This document shows positions 54,720-64,000 of a stretch of 64,000 nucleotides of DNA, in pieces. Below the pieces are notes generated by a model, which made no database searches, was not told the origin of the DNA, and was given only the letters and a program-made list of their open reading frames with translations. The position numbers and the translations under genes were made by a program. Where the stretch lies: positions 76,570,001-76,634,000 of the forward strand of contig OZ024742.1 of the NCBI GenBank assembly GCA_964016885.1, written 5' to 3'. The first letter of the stretch is position 1, and each line of letters starts with the position of its first letter. The DNA is from Eledone cirrhosa. Taxonomy: Eukaryota.

Positions 54720-55129
54720 ATGGTGGTGGCTGCCAACTCGTTTTTTAGTACGGCCACTACTTTATATCCATGTAGGAGAACCCCTACCGATGCGCTAAAC
54801 GAGTGTAACTTTTTAGTCCAGCCAGCGACTTGAAAACTCTGGTACAAACACTACAGTTGTGACAATTATTGACACATAGTGCTGGGCCCATGGTACCATG
54901 TGATGACAAGTGCAGAGAGATCTCCAGATATAAAGCAATGCCTGTGCCGTGAAGCTTTTATAGTGAGCAAAAGCACTGCACAAAGCCAGTCCCACTCTCT
55001 TAACCAAGATGATATTTACCAAAAAGAAGAACAAGTCAACATCATTGGATACCATCAGGGTTGCAGGTGTTATATCAGAGTTTTCCTTTTCCTAGAATTC
55101 TGCCTTGACAAAGGCTAAGGGGTCATCTC
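54720..55129 (-). mobile_element. Non-autonomous retroposon, copy 2
   Basis: Near-identical to 5008-5420. Confidence 0.75.
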
Positions 55130-55210
55130 ATACATGCATACATACATACATGCATACATACATACATACATACATACATACATACATACATACATACATA
55201 CATACATACA

Positions 55211-55241
<31 letters not shown>
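55130..55241. repeat. (CATA)n microsatellite
   Basis: Direct reading. Confidence 0.95.
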
Positions 55242-55243
<2 letters not shown>

Positions 55244-57542
55244 GATCACAGCCACTTTTTTACAATTAATTTTCTTTCAAACCAGTTCGACTTGCAGGAT
55301 TTGTGCAGAACCATCAGTCAAAAGGTGTCCCCGTATTCCAAGTACCCACATTCATTCTGTACTTGTTGCTATAGTATCTTTTGGTGTTTGCCTCAATATT
55401 ATGAACTACCACCAACTGTAGGGTGCTATCCAGTTTGATGCCTGAACAGAATTTGTTATGACGCCATTATGTCACTACTCCACACCGATGCATGATACTA
55501 TTCAGACAAACAGTGCAGCGACGTTAGTATAAGACTTTAGGTAACCACGTACATATTTGTGAATATATGCCGCTAACCGTTTGAGTCTCCCATTATTGCC
55601 ACTCCTTTATCGCCGAGGGCCTTGAGAAGAAATATCTGCACATGAAGATCGCAATGCTATACTCATAGCACCCATTCCATCCGAGCAGCTATGAGTAGAG
55701 TGACAAGACAAGGCAAGATAACAAGTAGTTAAAAGGATCTAATATTTTATTGTGATGGCGTTTAACCACTTCTGATGGTGTAGTCGTAATCACCACGCTT
55801 GCCCTATTGCCTGTTGGTAAGGCTATTTAAACCCTATTTTCGCTGGATGGCGTTTACTCAGAGGAGATCATCAGCCCATTGAGAACGCTTGTATTTGTGC
55901 TACAGGCATTCCACTTTCCTTCCTTGCCAGAGCAGGATCTAGTGGTGGAGCTGGTTTAGTCGCCGGAGACCCAACCATGAAACAGGTTGTACTAGGCTAC
56001 ATGGTACCAGTAGCGTGCAGAAATCTCACCCGACATATATACATAAATACATAAATATATACATACATACATATATTCATACATAGATACATACATGCAA
56101 ACAAACATGTTTGCATTTCAACACAGTCCCTCGAAAGCAACAATGTGGATATTAATAAGAAGATTTGAAATTGATACATGCAAGATTTCACAGCTCTAGC
56201 ATCAATACCTCATTTTTCAGCCTTTTAACGTTTCAGCCAACATTCGTATAGCTATTTTAGAAATGATACTGAGCATTTTGTAGCCCGAAATGGTCACTGT
56301 CATTGCTAAAAGCATTATCTAATCATATAAAATTTAATTAGACAAAATTCACCAACGATATCACATATTTAAACTGAAAAACATTTCAGAACACTATATA
56401 TGATATCATACAAGGTATACTTGAGGGATAACATTTGTAGTAGAACAAACTTGGGGGGTTATTATATCAACACTCCTCTATGAATAATACTCTTTTGCTG
56501 ATGTTCATGATTTTAATTATAACAACTAAAACTATGCTGTTACAACTCATTCAACAACAGTAACAATATATCATGAAGTGCAATAATCTATTAAGATTAA
56601 ATTGAATATTTCGTTGTAACATATTTCGCTAGAAAAACAATTTCCCTATTGGAATTTCCCAAGCAGGATATAGATCCATGATTGGAATTTACTGTTATGT
56701 TTAATTATCAATCCAGAGGAACACACTGTTTCGAGAGAACATTTGAGAAATACTAATATGATGAATCTCAAAGCCTTCTGAGATGAGCTTGAGTGTGTCA
56801 TGCGTTCAAATGTAACGATGGGCATAAATTATACTTAGACGGATTTTGCGTAACGAAATAAATGGAGAGTTAAACTAATTAAGTGTCACTAAACCCGAGA
56901 TCAATCAGTTGCTGTTAAAATCAACTGGATGATGAACGGATTTCTAATCAAGCTTGCAAGGTTATTAATTAGTGTTCGGCCACACAATCCTCTGATACCA
57001 CTGCGCTGATAAATGAGATTGCTTCCATTTCGAAATGATAATATTACGTTCAGGTAAAGTTATCGGAGCTTGAATAGACTATAACTGTTTTAGGTTCGAG
57101 CAACGAACGAAAATCATTTCAATATCATTGAGACATAATTTAAAATGTTTCTAAATGACAATGTCTGATATTACTTATGTGATATATCAATGCCGTATAT
57201 ATTCATTACAAACTAGCCTATAGATTAATTTAGTTTCATCATCAGGCATATCAATTTACAATCCTATTCATAGATCTAATATGCACGCAAACATACACAT
57301 CATTTTATATAATCTTTGTTTCCAATTTAGTTACTACAATCTTGACTGCTACAAGGCGAATAATTCTTATTAAATATGACTGGAATGAAAGTAGGTGTAT
57401 AGTTAATAAGTATAGTATGTTGAATATTTTACGGAATTTATTACACAGTTTTGCAGTCAATAATATCACATAGTTAACATTATCTTTTTGGAACTCACCT
57501 CAAAACACATAGATGTTAGTGATACCAACTTACAGCGAGAAT

Positions 57543-57596
<54 letters not shown>

Positions 57597-58168
57597 TGCT
57601 TAGAAAATGTTGAATATCTAGAAATAACTGTGATTACATTTATGCCCAGCGTTCAAATTATTTTAGATTTTCTAAGAATTTCAACTACTCGGCTCTCCAC
57701 GTATATTAACATACATACACTCATGCACACACACATTCATACCACATACACACACACACACTCACACATATACACACACAGGCTCACACACCCATAAATA
57801 TATGTACATAAATGTATATATATATATTTATAAAGTGAGAGAGAGAGGGAGATAAATATATATACATATATAACATAAGAGTGTGCACGCAGGAGTAGCT
57901 TTTTCAGTTAGCTGGGTTTCAGATTAAAAATATGGGGTAAAATTCGCAACACATGCTGTAGACCTCCTATTTCTAGTCGCAATATATGATGTTTTAGGCA
58001 CCACTTTATCACCCGAAAGCCATTACGTGGCATCTGAGTAAATCTTGAACTTGGAAAGAAACCCACACTTCCACATACAAATAAACGGATACACACGAAA
58101 ACAAACACAAAGACACTCCCATAGAAACACGCACACATTTACGCGCGCACACACACACGCACAAACAC

Positions 58169-58211
<43 letters not shown>

Positions 58212-58212
<1 letters not shown>

Positions 58213-58707
58213 TAGAAGAGGTACCCGGCGTTTCTCGGATATTAAATAGCAGTTGTGTATACCATTTATGTCAATACTTCAGTGCTGCTTGGAAAACTAT
58301 ACTTTTACAAAATCATCGTTTTTTCCAAAAGGGGGTTCCTGCACCCAGGGGTCCCCTACTCAATATGTGCCAATTCTGAGAGTTCACATTCATCTGTAGG
58401 AGAAACGTAGCCCATGTGTCAAGTTTTGTGAAAATTGGTTGCGAAATCCAAATCGGTTGCAATGTTTTTCGAAATATTTACTTCTGTGTTCACAGATTAC
58501 TCTCAGTTCAATTTGAATGTGAAATTCCTGTTTCATCAATTTTCTCCGTAACCATGGACGCTTGTAGCTTGAATATCGACCCAACGCCTCCTCCGGTTAT
58601 TCTGCATAACTGTGTAAATTTCCGCGGCATTCCACCAAGCCGTTTCGACGTTTATCCGACTACACCTACATTTGCAACGTCCGACCACTTCCAATTTATA
58701 TAGTAGA
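58212..58707 (+). mobile_element. Helentron-associated (HINE/DINE-like) non-autonomous element
   Basis: Starts CTAGAAGAGGTACCCGGCGTTTCTCG and ends TTTATATAGTAGAT; inserted in (TA)n; homologous to 9950-10185. Confidence 0.65.
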
Positions 58708-58722
58708 TATATATATATATAT

Positions 58723-58775
<53 letters not shown>

Positions 58776-59688
58776 TGTTATGAAATGAAAAGAACCGTGT
58801 GGTTGGGACGGAACAGGAGGAGAAAGGAAAAAAGGAGTTTCCATCGTCAGCTGTAAATATATCCCATATATATATATATATATATACATATAGAATTCAC
58901 AAGAATCAAAGCTATGTTCAAAGCATTTATTCACATAAATTGTTTCATCCAAACCTAGGCTTGGGTTCTTCGAAGCATTTTTCAATGTTTGTACACATAA
59001 TTGACCTCCTTTCCAACGCAAGAGACACACAGATACAGTAGAGTGACATATATTATATTATACTATTTTTGTACAGCAATTCAAATTCAAAATCAAAATT
59101 AAAATACATTCGGCAGATAACACAGGTAATGCAAGAGGATGGTTTGATAGTCAGATCTAGTAGGTAGTTGATGCGTTAGTTACACATGGAGCATGCAAGT
59201 GTGTCTCATTTTTATACTATTATTGTGTGGCAGGGTGTTACACGTAATGCAAGCACTTTAAGCGGGTAAGCAAGATTATTATGGTGGTTGTAGTGGGAAG
59301 GTATTTTTTGTATAGAACAAAAAAGTATGTGTGCAGAAAAATAAAAATAAAAAGAAGAAGCAAAAGAAAGTTATAGTTTTCGTATCCACCACCATTTTCA
59401 CATTCAGAAAAAGTAAGATATAGTTTCTACATTCATCACATAAATAACGATGATTCCGTATTGAATGTTTGATGCATTAAAATAAATTATTTTAGCGTAT
59501 TGAGGCTCAGTGTTATTTAATCCAAGTTTACAGAATAGGTTGATTCTAATGCGAGAATTTGCAGCGGTGTATTACCCGGAAGTATATGTGTAATTAAGGG
59601 GAGTTAATGCGTAAGGGGAGGTAACTAGCCGAATCTTATAATTAAATTCATTGTTCTAACATACATTATAAGCGCCTCAAGTGAGTAC

Positions 59689-59741
<53 letters not shown>

Positions 59742-59761
59742 TATATGTGGGATACATTTAC

Positions 59762-59812
<51 letters not shown>

Positions 59813-59815
<3 letters not shown>

Positions 59816-60422
59816 GGTGGGTGTCAACTCCTTTTCCAGTACGGCCACTACTTTATATACATGTAGGAGAGCGCTACCGATGCGCTGAACGAGTGTGATT
59901 TTTTAGTCCAGCCAGCGACTTGAAAACTCTGGTACAGACACTACACTTGTGACAATTATTGACAGATAGTGCTGGGTCGATGGTACAATGTGACGACAAG
60001 TGCAGAGAGATCTCCAGTTATAAAGCAATGTCTGTGCCGTGAAGCTTTTATAGTGAGCAAATGCACTGCACATAGCCAGTCCCATTCTCTTAACCAAGAT
60101 GATATTTACCAAAAAGAAGAACAAGTCAACATCATTGGATACCATCAGGGCTGCAAGTGTTATATCAGAGTTTTCCTTCTCCTAGAATTCTGCCTTGACA
60201 AAGGCTAAGGGATCATCTCTCTCGGTGATTTTGGATGGCCATTGACTCTTAAGAGGTTATTTGCCCTTTGACAGATTTTCTTTTTAGTCCTGCAGGATGT
60301 CCAAAGTCACCCTCCTCACCAAGAAAACTTGGTGGGGTTGCCAGTTTAGTCGCCAACGACCCGACCATGGGACAGGTTGTACTGGGATGCATGTTACCAG
60401 TAGCACCAACTGGTGACCTGAC
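59813..60422 (-). mobile_element. Non-autonomous retroposon, copy 3 (longest, includes structured 5' head)
   Basis: Same body as copies 1 and 2 plus 60256-60422; the head is shared with 55940-56034. Confidence 0.75.
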
Positions 60423-60503
<81 letters not shown>

Positions 60504-62986
60504 TACATCAGATGTTAACGAAGCTCGTATATTTGCAGTCGTCATTTAGTGTATAATTAACTAAGCAACAGAAGGATTTCCCTTGAAATCGACAGGAAAA
60601 ATATATACTCTAATTTATAGGCTATAGCCATTTGGACTTGATTTGGCTTCCTTTAAGTTAACGTCATCAACGTTTACTGCATGAGGAGTCGATACACTTC
60701 AAATTTTATTTTCGTTAGCGTACGTCAGGACCTAGAATACTTGAAAGCATAAGTAGGCAGTGAATTTAACTGTTACTGTCAGGGCATCATGCCCTTCAGG
60801 GACAATTTTATATGCTACTTCCGCAGACTGCTAACTCATGAGGTTACATTTATCGTTTAATACAGACGGCTATACTTGCAATTCTCATGTCACCTGTGCT
60901 GATTTGTACTACGTTTAACTACTGTCTGTTTTGTGATTGTAATAGGGGCTATTTATTTTTAAAAATAAGGAGGTAGATTTAGAGAAGGATGCCATACCCC
61001 ATAATGATACGACAACAATCATTATCATTTTTTTTTTATCTTTGTCCAAAATATATTGTCCAGCTAAAACTAATAGCAGATTTATGAAATTCATGACAGT
61101 TTTAATATAGGAAAATTTATGAATTAGCCTTAATTAATACGGTCTGAAAAAGCTATTGTAAATATTAGTGAAAATAACACAATTATTTGGAGAATTACGT
61201 CAATCAAGTCAATCAATTATGGGCAACATTTGCTTAATATTGTGTCATATTAAACATAATCTTCTAAAGTATACATCATAGACTGGGAAATAATTGGCAG
61301 CAAATTGGCATATGTTCAGAAGACGAATGTAACAATCTAATCATGACAAATTAATTTTATCTCCCTGTCTACAAATAATTTAAGATTGTGAGTATTAATC
61401 ATTTCCAGTAAATCACTTATGGAGCGAACGTAGGGGCACTATCTTGATTAGCTTCCAAATCCTTTTTCGCATAATGTAATTACCATATTTGCAGGCCTAT
61501 TGGACGCACTTAAAACAATTTAAAAACATATATAACATCTTTCCTGCGTCCAATATGCTCGTATCACCGATTGCACACCGAACAACGTGTGAGGACAATC
61601 TGATATAGTGATACAATACACATTTATAAGCCAAACGATGTCGATGAAATGTACTAAAGTATCCGGCTTATACGAAGGGACGCCCAATAGGCCAACAAAT
61701 ACTGTAGCTAATAAGAGGAAGTAACACAATATGAATATAAGTTCCATTTATATTCCCGTACAATCAGGACCCAATGTAATGAGGAATAAGAAATTAGAAG
61801 TTATCATATTCTCATGAGGATCATTACCCTACGAAATGAAATAGACAACTTACGTAATTTTGTGTCTTATTCTCAAGTGCCTTTTTTTCAGAATTTTACT
61901 TATGATCAAGAAAATCACAATATTTTTACCAGTTACATTAAGATAAACAGTTATAATTCTATGTACGAATCCTTAAAACCAAGGGGAATTGTGATATACC
62001 GTATTCTTTAGACATTTTAAACCTCCCAGAGCCCATTCACTCCGCGTGACTGAACACAGCCGATATCATCCAGTAAAAGATGAAGGCTGATAGAGTAAAA
62101 TACGAGAAAGAGATACATACGCAAAATAGACTCCAGTACAGGACGGGTAAATTTTATCGACCGAGAAATAAAAAAAAAAATGCAACGTTGATAGCTGGCC
62201 AATTTGAACTCACAGCCAGGAGAGCCGGATATGATACCACAAAGAAGAATTCTCTCTGATCTTCCTAAAATGTTCAGAATCCCCTGGGGACAAAATATAA
62301 TACAAAACGAGTAATTGTTTTGAACAGCATTTTGAACAGCAAGCTTATATTTTGTAAATCTCCGTATTAGTACTAATGATATTCTATTTTAATTAAAGGA
62401 TTCCTGTTTCAAAGTTTTATTGAGCATGGCAATCGCCCATATTGATTTCATGTTGTAATGGTTGCTTTCTTTTACTGCTGAGGTGAACAGTTCCTGAAAA
62501 ATAGAAAAAGAGTGTAAGACATATATAGGCACGTGTGTTTTAGTTATATAGAGATGTAACTGCAATTTGGTGATTATCGATGATGAAATATAGATAGTGT
62601 CGACGAAATTTAAATAAGGCTAACTGTTAGAAGTGCCCACAAAACTGCCCATGAGAAAGTAAATAAATGATATATGTGGCCAGTGGGTGGACACGTTAAA
62701 ATTTAGAGATCTTTCAAAATCTGTTTGTATTGAAATGTTGAAGGTTTTCATACAAATTATGATTATAGGAGGAGGGCTCTGAAGCTGTTGTTCTGCAGGT
62801 CAGGCAGTTTGGACAATAGCCTTTTCAGTATATCCCATTTTTCGGCCAACACAGCCAAATCATGCTCAAACCATCTTTATAGAGTCTATATCGTCATAGG
62901 ATCCACAAATCCAAAACGAAATTCGTGCTACTGTCTTTAAGGGTCCACACCACGCTTGCGAGTATAGTGATATCTATCTATCTCTA

Positions 62987-63050
<64 letters not shown>

Positions 63051-63564
63051 TATACATACATAGAGGGAGACAGACATAATGATATGGCTGAAATCATTAA
63101 CTATTAATGGATATTCTTAGATATCCTCTCTGCTTTTAATGGAAGGATAGAGACAGGGTTGGTCTTATTATTTTCTTTATTAACATTAATCTGACAGTTC
63201 TATAATTAACAAAGAATATCCAATCCTAAACAACTCCATATATGACAGTTTTAATCAACAAAAAATTGAAGGTGCTCGTCTGGCTATGGTCCGGCCGATT
63301 AATTTTGCCGTCAAGCTATCAAATAATGCACTAGCTAATGTGGTACAGCTACACGATGATTGCATTAATGATTGACTTGTAATAATAGGAATTTGTGATA
63401 TTTTTGAACGCCTGTCGTAATCATTAATTTAATGAGCAGGATAAGAAGAAAGATGATGATAATAATGATGAGGATGACGGTGAAGATGATATTGATGGTA
63501 GCAGTAATGATTGTAGTAGCTAAATTGGAAACAAAGATTATATAAATTCCTCTGTCTCTCCTAC

Positions 63565-63620
63565 GGCTGCTGCAACTACTGCTACTACTACTACTACTAC
63601 AGATGCTGCTGCTGTGGCTG

Positions 63621-63668
<48 letters not shown>

Positions 63669-63669
63669 G
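63565..63669. repeat. (CTG)/(CTA)n trinucleotide tract
   Basis: Direct reading. Confidence 0.9.
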
Positions 63670-63857
63670 TTTGTTCTTCTACCATAACCGTATGTTAATG
63701 ATTTTGCTGTTGTTGTTTTTCGTTTCTATTTCTTCATCATCATCATATTATTATTTTTTCTCTTGACTCATGTTACAGATCGCTGTCGTGCGTTTTTGCT
63801 ATTCCGTTTGTTAGATTAATTAACCAGTATCTTCATCAGTTGGTTAGTTTTCCTCAC

Positions 63858-63939
63858 CTGTAGTCTTTAGAAGTTCAAGCTCTGTTTGCAACACCATTTT
63901 GGAAAAATAATATGGTGGACAAAGAGACTTCTTCCACAT
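63858..63939 (-). CDS. Candidate host exon (possible first coding exon)
   Basis: Donor CAG|GTGAG at 63857; frame MWKKSLCPPYYFSKMVLQTELELLKTT is open to the donor; unique sequence. Confidence 0.25.
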
Positions 63940-64000
63940 GACAGAACACTAGGCTGGCCACAGGATGAAAGCAGCAGCAACAATAACAAAAACGCTGCAT

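Overview
AT-rich, microsatellite-dense animal genomic DNA; the SINE repertoire and (TA)n/(CA)n density suggest a coleoid cephalopod such as octopus (inference). No complete host gene is visible, only a few low-confidence exon candidates. The window is dominated by retroelements. There are two near-full-length Penelope-like elements (PLEs) with reverse transcriptase and C-terminal GIY-YIG endonuclease (1-3210 minus; 42412-47287 plus) and several short non-autonomous derivatives. There are also fragments of RTE and R4/Dong-type LINEs, tRNA-derived Nin-domain SINEs and Helentron-type non-autonomous elements. The most notable signal is a family-spanning system inserted in (TA)n. (i) About a dozen minimal type-I hammerhead ribozyme motifs occur in about five sequence families, including U3-A8 covariant cores and compensatory stem II changes. 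(ii) A recurring asymmetric fold-back architecture has one arm ending at an internal ATAT and the other carrying a fixed-length extension. (iii) In the main family that extension encodes the missing N-terminus of the PLE protein, so the elements appear circularly permuted. Most entries in the ORF track are artefacts of simple repeats.
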